Shown here piece by piece: positions 1 through 7,436 of a stretch of DNA of 13,680 nucleotides. The notes under the pieces were generated by a model, which saw nothing but the letters and a program-made list of their open reading frames with translations, was not told the DNA's origin and searched no databases. The position numbers and the translations under genes are program-made. How positions within the stretch are numbered: the stretch's first letter is position 1; each line of letters opens with the position of its first letter. Location: assembly GCA_964618805.1 (NCBI GenBank), contig CAZUBM010000011.1:52451-66130 (forward strand), read 5' to 3'. The stretch is from an uncultured Nitrososphaerota archaeon. Its GTDB lineage: Archaea; Korarchaeota; Korarchaeia; Korarchaeales; Korarchaeaceae.

Positions 1-266
1 TCATCTGCAACTATTTCGCTGACTATCTTGAAGAAAGTTGCAAATGAACCTAATAGGATTATAATAAAGCCGATTAAGGTGAGAACAAATCCTATACCGA
101 GCCCTGCTGGGTTAATTTTTGGCATTCCTGTGTAAGGATCGTACCAGATTAAGGATCCATATGTGATGTAGCCAAATGCTATAATAGCTGCTCCAACTAC
201 AGTCCAAACAATCAGAAAGATAACGTATAGTCCCGCAGATTTGAAAGCCTTACCCCAAGAAACCAT
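1..266 (-). CDS. Small two-TM membrane protein, 3' end runs off the window (not in ORF track)
   Basis: Manual translation from ATG at 266: MVSWGKAFKSAGLYVIFLIVWTVVGAAIIAFGYITYGSLIWYDPYTGMPKINPAGLGIGFVLTLIGFIIILLGSFATFFKIVSEIVAD..., with no stop before base 1. Two hydrophobic segments. Divergent from the MNT gene. Confidence 0.7.
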   Translation of the reverse strand, partial: MVSWGKAFKSAGLYVIFLIVWTVVGAAIIAFGYITYGSLIWYDPYTGMPKINPAGLGIGFVLTLIGFIIILLGSFATFFKIVSEIVAD

Positions 267-363
267 AGTTCTTTATTAGAATGAAAGCAAATATAATTCT
301 TACTAAAGAGCGAAAAGGACATCTTTCTTGCTTCATATCCTTCTTCATTCGGATCATGAGCTT

Positions 364-408
364 TTTATAAATCTTAATAAATAGTTTAGGTTAACAACTA
401 ATTAATAA
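364..408 (+). promoter_or_regulatory. Putative TATA box followed by an imperfect inverted repeat (candidate autorepression operator of the MNT-HEPN operon)
   Basis: TTTATAA at 364-370. Arms TTAATAAATAGTT (374-386) and AACTAATTAATAA (396-408) are complementary at 11/13 positions with a 9-nt spacer. The region is AT-rich, so chance is not excluded. Confidence 0.4.
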
Positions 409-421
409 TAAGCTTCGTCGG

Positions 422-1180
422 ATGAAGGAGATGTGGATACCAAAATGGCTTGGTGAGATTTATTCTAGGCTTTTCATCCACTTTGAGCTCGAACTCTTCA
501 CGTTTAATCAGGCTAAGAGTATATTATCGATGAGTGAGGGTAAGCTCTCAGTCGCATTTAGCAAGCTTCATTCAAGGAGACTCATAACGATTTTTGAGCG
601 GAGCGTCCCTCGTGTCTATCGGCTCATGGATCCCGAGTTTCTTGCCTTTACAGCCTCCGAAATTCTTAAGAATGTTCAAATGATCCCTCAAGAGAGGTAT
701 TTGAGGCTAATTTTCCTATGCTTCAGGGAAATCTTAAGGGCTAGGGATATTGAACTCATTTCTTTCGCAATTTATGGATCTGTAGCAAGAGGTACGGCCA
801 AGAAAAACAGCGATATAGACGTATTGCTGGTTTCAGAAAGCTTTCAAGGAAGTTTGGGCTCAAGGTTGGAGCGGTTGTGTGAGCTGGAGGAATCCATCCA
901 AGATGAGATAAACTGGCTTAGCGAGCAGGGAATTCACACTCATCTAAGCTATTATCCTTTGAGAAAGGATGAGGCAGAGCTTATTCCTCTTTTGTTCCTT
1001 GACATGACTGAAGAGGCCATAATTCTTTACGACAAAGGCCGGTTCTTGGAAAGCTTGTTATTAGAACTTAAATCCAAGCTAATAAAGCGCGGCGTCAGGA
1101 GGATTTTTATCGATGATGAGCACTGGTATTGGGATCTAAAGCCAGACTACAAGTTCGGTGAGCTAATTGAAGTTACTTAG
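422..1180 (+). CDS. Minimal nucleotidyltransferase (MNT, Pol beta superfamily) with N-terminal winged-helix-like extension; putative antitoxin
   Basis: Canonical GS-x10-DxD motif (YGSVARGTAKKNSDIDVLLV) and an archaeal MNT-like tail (ILYDKGRFL...WYWDLKPDYKFGE). The first ~70 aa (FTFNQAKSILSMSEGKLSVAFSKLHSRRLI...RVYRL) have a wHTH pattern. Overlaps the HEPN gene. Confidence 0.9.
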   Translation: MKEMWIPKWLGEIYSRLFIHFELELFTFNQAKSILSMSEGKLSVAFSKLHSRRLITIFERSVPRVYRLMDPEFLAFTASEILKNVQMIPQERYLRLIFLCFREILRARDIELISFAIYGSVARGTAKKNSDIDVLLVSESFQGSLGSRLERLCELEESIQDEINWLSEQGIHTHLSYYPLRKDEAELIPLLFLDMTEEAIILYDKGRFLESLLLELKSKLIKRGVRRIFIDDEHWYWDLKPDYKFGELIEVT

Positions 1181-1616
1181 GATAGCTAAGTCATACATGC
1201 GTCAAGCCAAGGCCAGGCTAGAGGATGCTGAAGACGCGTTGCAGGAGGCAAACTATCCTTACACCGTTCGTCTTAGCCAAGAATGTGTTGAGTTATCCCT
1301 GAAAGCCGTTCTTAAAGCAATTGGAATAGAATATCCCAAGGTACATGATGTCTCGGACGTTTTTACAAGAATTGAAGGAAGGCTTCCCGAGTGGTTTAGG
1401 GTCGAAATTCCCTTCTTAAGAGAATCTTCTAAGATCCTCGCAAAGAAAAGAGAGATAAGCTTTTACGGAGGTGAAGAAGCACTTCTTTCTCCAAATGATG
1501 TTATAAGCGAAGAAGATGCCAAAGATGCTGCTATGAGGGCAAGGAAAGTTTACAGCCTCTGTGATAGACTCATAAGTCAGCTCGAGAAAGCTTCGAAAGA
1601 GGAAAGACTTGACTAA
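1167..1616 (+). CDS. HEPN domain protein (PF05168-like), partner of the upstream MNT
   Basis: YMRQAKARLEDA...SQECVELSLKAVL...YPKVHDV...REISFYG...EDAKDA pattern. TTG start with GGTGA SD at 1157-1161 and a 14-nt overlap with the MNT gene. Confidence 0.9.
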   Translation: MKLLRIAKSYMRQAKARLEDAEDALQEANYPYTVRLSQECVELSLKAVLKAIGIEYPKVHDVSDVFTRIEGRLPEWFRVEIPFLRESSKILAKKREISFYGGEEALLSPNDVISEEDAKDAAMRARKVYSLCDRLISQLEKASKEERLD

Positions 1617-1697
1617 TGTTAAGAAATCTCACTTCCTTTAGTTCAACCATCCTATTCTGAAAATCCTAATTACTCATTAATTTTAGACCTTTTTTAT

Positions 1698-2158
1698 GTG
1701 CGCGCTCTATCAAGTGAGGCCTTTGAGGACGGAGGAAACATACCAATCAAGTATACATGTGGTGGGCAGGATATATCCCCTCCCCTTAGCTGGAGCGAAC
1801 CGCCTGAAGGAACGGTTTCCTTCGTTCTAATAGTTGAGGATCCTGACGCGCCTATGGGAGTATTCACGCAATGGGTTATCTACAACATCCCTGCTAGCTT
1901 GAGAAAACTGCCTGAAGGCATTCCCACTAAAGGAGAAGTTGAAGGGATAGGCGTACAGGGAAAAAAGACTTCAATAAGCTTGGTTATGGAGGACCATGCC
2001 CTCCAAAGGGCCCAGCTCATAGGTACATCTTCAAGCTCTACGCGCTAGATACTACCTTGAATGTGAAACCCGGAGCCACCAAAAAAGAGGTGTTAAAGGC
2101 TATAGAAGGGCACGTCATAGGATATGCTGAGCTAACTGGGAAATATGGTAGAGGGTGA
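1698..2158 (+). pseudogene. YbhB/YbcL (PEBP, Raf kinase inhibitor-like) family gene, frameshifted at ~1966
   Basis: The 5' frame gives SSEAFEDGGNIPIKYTC...ISPPLSWS...EDPDAP...WVIYNIP. The -1 frame from 1967 continues DFNKLGYGGPCPPKGPAHRYIFKLYALD...GYAELTGKYGRG to TGA at 2156-2158. One base is missing in GGA AAA AA(.) GAC. The typical FTHW motif reads FTQW and TCDG reads TCGG. Confidence 0.85.
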
Positions 2159-2256
2159 CATATGGCTGGATTTAAATCGCAAAGATGAAATAGAAGGAAT
2201 GAGAGATCTGGCGATGCAATAGGAGGAACCCACCAAGTTTTTGAGTTGCAGAATAT

Positions 2257-2277
2257 TATTTTCTGAGAAAATATAAT
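2257..2277 (+). promoter_or_regulatory. Palindrome overlapping the putative BRE/TATA of the HAD gene
   Basis: TATTTTCT-G-AGAAAATA (2257-2273) is a perfect 8-bp-arm palindrome whose right arm runs into TATAAT, ~35 nt upstream of ATG 2309. Confidence 0.35.
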
Positions 2278-2308
2278 CAACTACTCCTCGACCTCAATGT
2301 GATGTTTA

Positions 2309-2968
2309 ATGATCAAGGCTGTCTTGTTTGACATGGATGGGGTGCTTGTTAACACCGAAACTTTCTACATTCAAGCCTTAATTGAGACTCTTTTTGAAGA
2401 AACTGGAGTTAAATTGAAAGAGGAAGAAGTAGAAAGGTACGCAGGTCTCATTTATGTGGAAAAGCTGAAAAGAATTTTCAGGGAGAAAGATATAAAGGGA
2501 GATCCTTACAAGATAGCTGAGAAAAGCAGAAAGAGGTTCCTTCAGATAATAAAGGGAAAGATAAGGCTACTTCCAGGAGCAAAGGATCTTATAGATCAGT
2601 TGTCTTCTTCAGGAATAAGACTTGGCCTTGTTTCTTCTTCAAAGAGGATGGTTGTCGACATAGTACTTAAGCAAGCGAAATTGCAGGGCATCTTTGATGT
2701 CATTGTTACCCAGGACGACGTCAAGAACCTTAAACCCCATCCTGAGCCGTATCTTCTGGCCTCTAAGATTCTAGGGATAAGGCCCGAGGAGTGCGTTGCA
2801 GTTGAAGATTCCGTGCATGGAATTCTTTCGGCAAAATCTGCTGGGATGAAGTGCATAGCAATAGCTAATCCTTACATTCCGATCTCAAAATATTCTAAGG
2901 CTGATTTAGTTGTAAAAGGATTAGAAGAGATAAAATTAGAAACCGTTTTAGGCCTTAACACGAAATAG
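2309..2968 (+). CDS. HAD-superfamily hydrolase, subfamily IA (beta-phosphoglucomutase/sugar phosphatase-like)
   Basis: Motif I FDMDGVL, motif II VSSS, motif III KPHPEPY, motif IV VEDSVHGILSAKSAGM. Confidence 0.93.
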   Translation: MIKAVLFDMDGVLVNTETFYIQALIETLFEETGVKLKEEEVERYAGLIYVEKLKRIFREKDIKGDPYKIAEKSRKRFLQIIKGKIRLLPGAKDLIDQLSSSGIRLGLVSSSKRMVVDIVLKQAKLQGIFDVIVTQDDVKNLKPHPEPYLLASKILGIRPEECVAVEDSVHGILSAKSAGMKCIAIANPYIPISKYSKADLVVKGLEEIKLETVLGLNTK

Positions 2969-3034
2969 AGGGTTCTATTGAGCCTGTTGTGCCTTAAAGT
3001 TAAACTTTATGGGATCCTTTCGCCAACAATAATT

Positions 3035-3256
3035 GTGCCAAGGGGCTCAGAGAAGCCTTCTGTTCAAGAGGAATTAGCCTTTGCAGTCATAATGCTTGCT
3101 TTTTCGGCCTTAGTTCTCTTTGGATTGATAATAAAGCCTTCAGAGTCCATTTCAGACAGGATGAGGGTCCTGTTAGGGGTACTAGCCTCGCTTGCAGCTC
3201 TGTTAGCTATGATCTTTATGTCTCTGAGATCAAGTGTCTTAAAGTCGACATGCTAA
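3035..3256 (+). CDS. Putative small two-TM membrane protein
   Basis: Two hydrophobic stretches (LAFAVIMLAFSALVLFGLII; VLLGVLASLAALLAMIFMSL). GTG at 3035 is preferred over TTG 2978 because a TTTAT TATA-like element lies ~25 nt upstream. No family recognised. Confidence 0.45.
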   Translation: MPRGSEKPSVQEELAFAVIMLAFSALVLFGLIIKPSESISDRMRVLLGVLASLAALLAMIFMSLRSSVLKSTC

Positions 3257-3278
3257 ATGTTTAACTGAGTTATTTTTC

Positions 3279-4040
3279 CTAGGCATTAGCGATTTTGCCC
3301 TTATCTTCAATTATTTTGGAACTAATGGTCTCTTTTAATGCTAAAAGAGATTCTTCTATTTTCTTTAGGCGGTTCTCAATCTCTTCTAACCTCAACATAA
3401 GAGAGTACCTTTGAATTAATTGCTGGGCATGCCTTCTCAAGTCATTGAAGTCCTGTCCTCGTTGTGGAAAGATCCCATTCCTCCTTAGAAGCCCTATTTT
3501 CTTTCCTAAATCCTCAATACTTAAATTAAGGAGTTGAGCGGCTTCTTCAAAGTTCTCAGATCTAGTTATTGCTTTTATCAATTTCCACTCATTTTCTCCA
3601 ATTTTTTCCCAAGGAGGGAGAGGATAAAAGCCATATTCCCCTAAAACCTCTTGTATAGCTGTTCTCACCACTACTTCGAGTTCTTCAGGCTCCAAAAGCA
3701 CGTAATACTCACTCAGCTCGATCATCTTCACTCCTAGCTTATTGGCTACCGCCTCAGCCGCTTCATCGGCAAAGCCCTTACAGACAAGCATAGGCTTCAA
3801 ACCCAATATCTTGCTGTCCGCGTAAATCCTACGAACATCAGAGACCCCGGCTTTTCCAGCCTTTACCTCAACGCAATACTTTTCCCCCTCCGGACTTTGA
3901 GCTAAGATGTCTACCTCAAATGCCTCTGATTGATCCACAACAACTGTCTTGTTTGTTTCTAGGATCTTGTATCCCAGCCTCTCTAAAATGCCTCTAGCAA
4001 TCCTCTCACTGCTCCTTCCCTTCACCTTGGATTTTGGCAA
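3279..4040 (-). CDS. PD-(D/E)XK restriction-endonuclease-like protein (Mrr/RecB/YraN-like) with C-terminal HTH-like and coiled-coil region
   Basis: SERIARGILERLGYKI...EVDILA...VEVKAG catalytic pattern. FEEAAQLLNLSIEDLGKKIGLLRRNG is HTH-like and RLEEIENRLKKIEESL has heptad periodicity. AGGTGA SD precedes the TTG start. Confidence 0.85.
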   Translation of the reverse strand: MPKSKVKGRSSERIARGILERLGYKILETNKTVVVDQSEAFEVDILAQSPEGEKYCVEVKAGKAGVSDVRRIYADSKILGLKPMLVCKGFADEAAEAVANKLGVKMIELSEYYVLLEPEELEVVVRTAIQEVLGEYGFYPLPPWEKIGENEWKLIKAITRSENFEEAAQLLNLSIEDLGKKIGLLRRNGIFPQRGQDFNDLRRHAQQLIQRYSLMLRLEEIENRLKKIEESLLALKETISSKIIEDKGKIANA

Positions 4041-4347
4041 GATTGGTCACCTGCAAACAATCTTTACCATATTAAATATCTCGTGATGGTCTTAATCTAA
4101 GATCTGCAATATGATCGGGCCTGGCTAATTTAAGATGCCGCATTAACTTTTGAGGAACTCGAGAGTATGGAAGTTTCGTTATTCTCTAATTTTCTAAACA
4201 TAATCGTAGAGATCAGAACTAAGACTAAGATAATAGAGAAGATTGAAACAAAGAGATTTTCTCTTTAGATTGGGAGTCGATGTAAGAGCGAGCAAAGTCT
4301 CAAAAATAAATATGCTAATGAATTAGCTTAAGTTGGAGAGTACAGAA

Positions 4348-5093
4348 ATGGGTGACACATTTGAGCAAGCACATCTCAGAGACAGTTTCATTAAAGAGGA
4401 GCTCCAAAAAATCAAAATCGAGGGAATCAATGCAGATGAAGTATATGTAAGCGAAATAATCAAGAAAGCGCCAAAAAAGGGAAAAATCCTTGATATAGGT
4501 ACAGGTACAGCCCATATACCCATCAAAATAGCAAAGTTGAATAGAGATCTTGAAATCGTTGCCACTGATTTGTCAGAGGCCTCAGCAAAAATTGCTAGAG
4601 AAAATTCCTCCGCCTTCGAAAGAATTCACATTTTAAGAGCTGATGGACATCATCTTCTTTTAGAGACTGTGCTTTTGACGAAGTTATCATAAGATTGGCT
4701 CCTCACAGCATTAAAGAGGCACATAGAGTTCTGAAGGAAGGAGGATGGTACATTCATCGTGCTTGCGGGGTATATAACTGTTGGAAAGAGATTCATGAAG
4801 TTTTTGGGGAGAGAGCCATGCCGTATGCAAGAGCCAGCTGGTGGAAGACATCTGCAGGACGTTTGGAAAGGTATGAGATGAGAGGGTTCAAAGAAGTCTA
4901 TGAAATGTCCTTCCTAGTAAAGAGATATTATACCATGGACCAGATCATAAAGGAAATGTTGTTTAATCCCATTGTGAAGGATTTTGATCCTAAAAAGGAT
5001 GAGACGAGACTAAAGGAACTTGAAAGGAGGTGCAAAACTGAGAGAGGAATACGAATAACTGGGGACCCTATCATCATATTTGGAAGGAAATAA
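4348..5093 (+). pseudogene. Class I SAM-dependent methyltransferase split by a 1-bp deletion at ~4657
   Basis: ORF 4333-4692 has motif I ILDIGTGTA and ATDLSE. Shifting -1 at CAT CTT CT TTT AGA restores ADGHHL(P)FRDCAFDEVIIRLAPHSIKEAHRVLKEGG, joining ORF 4695-5093. ATG 4348 follows GGAG. Confidence 0.85.
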
Positions 5094-5108
5094 AGGTGAT
5101 GAAGGACC

Positions 5109-5654
5109 TTGACGGAAGATTTCTTAAAGGAAAGGAAGGCTGATATACATAGAGTGCTAAATCTGATCTGGTCTACTGCTTATGAGCTACAAGAGAAGAT
5201 TTCCAAGCGAATCAAAGCTTCTGAGGTTGAATTTGCAAAGGATAGCTACATTAATTTGGGAGGAACTTTTGAAAAGCAGCTTTACCCTGTTCCAGTCATA
5301 AAGACTGAAGTTGGCGAGGTAGGAGTTAACCTTGACGGGGTCTATGGCGTTGTAGGAGTTTTAACCAAATCACTTAGCGAAGAATTCCTTTCAAGAGTTC
5401 TTGAAGCTAGCTTTGACGTTGAGATATATGGTGGGAAGGATTTCACTATGACTTATTACAGAGAAGGCATGCAGATTTCAGCTAGAGAATTGCTTGAGGA
5501 GATTAGAAGGAGTGAGGAGGAAGTAGTGCAAGTAGAAGTTAAGAGAGATCTTAAAGAAAGCTTCGAGGTCATCGAAGACCTAATGAAGCTTAAGGAAATT
5601 ATGATCAGGGATAAAGTGAAATACATAAGCCCTCTCACCATTTCAGAGGGCTAG
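5109..5654 (+). CDS. DUF3201-like protein
   Basis: The pattern IHRVLNLIW...YINLGGTFEKQLYPVP...GEVGV...IYGGKDF...EEIRRSEEEVVQVE matches my recollection of Thermococcales/Thermotoga DUF3201 proteins. GGTGA SD lies right after the methyltransferase stop, so it is likely co-transcribed. Confidence 0.7.
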   Translation: MTEDFLKERKADIHRVLNLIWSTAYELQEKISKRIKASEVEFAKDSYINLGGTFEKQLYPVPVIKTEVGEVGVNLDGVYGVVGVLTKSLSEEFLSRVLEASFDVEIYGGKDFTMTYYREGMQISARELLEEIRRSEEEVVQVEVKRDLKESFEVIEDLMKLKEIMIRDKVKYISPLTISEG

Positions 5655-5894
5655 CTCACAGAAAGGGTCCATAAGACTGGTTCTAGGAGAATTTCCGTCT
5701 TTTCCTCAACCACTTTCTCCTTAAAAGCTGGAAACCATTCGTTCTCCATTAAAACATCTGATATCACCTGAACAGAGGCTGCTTTTCTGTAATTTGAAAA
5801 CGCGAAAATGGCGATGTTAAGTGCAAGAGGAGGTCCTGTATCTCCACCCTCATTAACCCCCATCCAACTTATAGTCTTAAGCTATTCTTTGTTA

Positions 5895-5992
5895 GCTTGT
5901 GACAAGCCCACTAGCTTAGTGTGATAACAATTGGTGACTAGTCATTAAATATCCGCTGGAGCAGATCGAGGTTTTAGGAGGTCTCAGACCTC
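5895..5992 (+). promoter_or_regulatory. Palindrome-rich promoter/leader of the CPBP gene, including an SD-sequestering hairpin
   Basis: GCTTGT-G-ACAAGC (5895-5907), CACTA-GCT-TAGTG (5909-5921), TGACTAGTCA (5935-5944), TATA-like TTAAATA (5945-5951), and GAGGTCT-C-AGACCTC (5978-5992) directly before ATG 5993. Confidence 0.4.
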
Positions 5993-6688
5993 ATGTTTAC
6001 ATGGATTGCGCTTGCTGCCTCAACCTACGCGATAATAGTTCCAATAGCCTTGGTCCTCCTCGTCAGGCGGTTCCTAAAGCTTAAGGATGAAGAGATCAGG
6101 AAGAGATTGCTTAGAGCAGCGATTCATACGACGTTCATCTTAGAAGCAGTCGTTCCCATCTTAATATCTCTAGCCTCGGGCGTGACCTGGTGGCTCGACC
6201 CTCCCTCAGCGCTTGGACTTGCCCTCACAGTCATCCTTTACCCTGCTGACTTAGGAGTTCACTATGTGTTTGAACTTATCTCTTGTAGAGACCACGGGGG
6301 AGTATCTCTAAGGCCGAGGCCGCTTGGGGAGATGTTAAAGGAATTGCTGCACCAGCTTTATTACATTGGACTGCCTGAGGAATTCATTTGCAGAGGGCTT
6401 CTAATCTCACATCTCTCGTCGATTCTTGGCTATCGGCGGGCTACCTTGGCATCTGCACTCCTCTTCGGGATATTTCATCTCCCTCACCACGGATGGCTTA
6501 AGTCCATCGAGTGCACCTTCAGCGGCCTGCTTTACGCTTCAATAATGGTCATCTCACGTTCAGTCTGGCCTCCAGTAGTTCTGCACGTGGCCCTTAACAT
6601 GTTTATCAGGATCGAGAAAGGGCCCGCAATATGCTATCTCATGAATCAAGGTTTTCGGAGACCCGTTAGTGCAGAACAAATGTGTTAA
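5993..6688 (+). CDS. CPBP family intramembrane glutamic endopeptidase (CAAX protease/Abi)
   Basis: Motifs PEEFICRG (EExxxR), FGIFH (FxxxH) and HVALN (HxxxN), multiple TM segments, and AGGAGGT SD. Confidence 0.92.
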   Translation: MFTWIALAASTYAIIVPIALVLLVRRFLKLKDEEIRKRLLRAAIHTTFILEAVVPILISLASGVTWWLDPPSALGLALTVILYPADLGVHYVFELISCRDHGGVSLRPRPLGEMLKELLHQLYYIGLPEEFICRGLLISHLSSILGYRRATLASALLFGIFHLPHHGWLKSIECTFSGLLYASIMVISRSVWPPVVLHVALNMFIRIEKGPAICYLMNQGFRRPVSAEQMC

Positions 6689-6907
6689 ATTGTTCAAGAA
6701 GTGCTGAGCGATTAATTTACTGAAAGCTTTGGTAGTTCCTTTGTCTATCTCAAAAATGAGGTAAGTATCTTTCCCTACTTTGCCTAAAATTGACATTGAT
6801 GCTCAGCTTGTTCTCTCAAGCTTTTTGGAATACCTACTTCTTTGTAGTCAAATGTATGGCTTGTTGGGATTGAAGGCAATAATAGTTCAAAATTTTTCCA
6901 CAATATC

Positions 6908-6927
6908 TTACATAGTATTCTATGTAA
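6908..6927. repeat. Perfect inverted repeat, 8-bp arms, candidate transcription-factor site
   Basis: TTACATAG-TATT-CTATGTAA, ~50 nt upstream of the small ORF at 6976. Confidence 0.55.
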
Positions 6928-6975
6928 TCCTCTTTTTTACTAGTATGTTCGTTTAATAAGTAGAGTGATAAGGTG

Positions 6976-7152
6976 ATGCAAGTATTCGATCTGAAATGGA
7001 AGATTTTCGTTCTAGCGGTGATAGTAGTTGCTGGCATCTTCCTATTCTTAGAAGTTGAATACGGAACTGTTTGGATCGCCCTTGAGACTGGCGCTTGTGG
7101 GTTTATACTTTGCAATTTTAAAGGACAATCTGCGGTGCTAAAGGCTCTGTGA
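6976..7152 (+). CDS. Putative 58-aa membrane protein (not in ORF track)
   Basis: MQVFDLKWKIFVLAVIVVAGIFLFLEVEYGTVWIALETGACGFILCNFKGQSAVLKAL*. One strong and one weaker hydrophobic segment. Purine-rich GAGTGATAAGGTG upstream. Co-oriented with, and 26 nt before, the next ORF. Confidence 0.5.
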   Translation: MQVFDLKWKIFVLAVIVVAGIFLFLEVEYGTVWIALETGACGFILCNFKGQSAVLKAL

Positions 7153-7178
7153 AGGTTGAGAAAGGGTAAGTGGTTGGG

Positions 7179-7436
7179 ATGGCGAAGATAGATCTCAAGA
7201 AAGCTTTGGAATTGTTTGAATCGGATCCTAATATAGTGGCTGTATGGGAAAATAGGGAGGGAAAAATAGTTTTAGCTTTCAAGAAGAGACCAAATCCCGA
7301 AACCCTTAAGGCTTTGTCTTATAATAATGTTGTTATATTCGTTTCAGGTGATATAGTCGCTTTAGCTAACTTATTGCCTATCACGAAAGAGAAAAGGAAG
7401 GGAAAAACTCAGAACTCTAAAGATAATTACGTCTAA
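7179..7436 (+). CDS. Hypothetical protein, possibly the truncated N-terminus of a longer gene
   Basis: Protein-like composition (MAKIDLKKALELFESDPNIVAVWE...VSGDIVAL). ATG 7179 or GTG 7170. Its stop overlaps the convergent MFS stop at CTAA 7433-7436. Confidence 0.5.
   Translation: MAKIDLKKALELFESDPNIVAVWENREGKIVLAFKKRPNPETLKALSYNNVVIFVSGDIVALANLLPITKEKRKGKTQNSKDNYV

Noticed and set aside
2038-2280. 80-aa minus-strand ORF
   Set aside because: Antisense shadow of the -1-frame half of the YbhB/YbcL gene; no motifs.
2596-2856. 86-aa minus-strand ORF
   Set aside because: Lies wholly antisense within the HAD gene.
4167-4268. 33-aa ORF MEVSLFSNFLNIIVEIRTKTKIIEKIETKRFSL between the nuclease and methyltransferase
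   Set aside because: Too short, with no recognisable motif or clear SD; cannot be supported without homology.
4315-4565. Two minus-strand ORFs (66 and 80 aa)
   Set aside because: Antisense to the methyltransferase 5' half.
4654-4662. Programmed frameshift in the methyltransferase
   Set aside because: CTT CTT TTA is not an X-XXY-YYZ heptamer, and the family consensus LPF needs an extra C, pointing to a plain deletion or sequencing error.
5456-5641. 61-aa minus-strand ORF
   Set aside because: Ser/Leu-rich antisense shadow of the DUF3201-like gene.
5651-5863. 70-aa minus-strand ORF sharing the CTAG stop with the DUF3201-like gene; tail faintly NIPSNAP-like (EKTEILLEP)
   Set aside because: The resemblance is too weak and there is no SD. 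It may be a gene remnant but cannot be called.
6560-7115. Minus-strand ORFs 6560-6796 and 6834-7115 and another open stretch near 6790-6950
   Set aside because: They overlap the CPBP gene or the more plausible plus-strand membrane ORF, and no family is recognised. A decayed gene at 6690-6950 is possible but unsupported.
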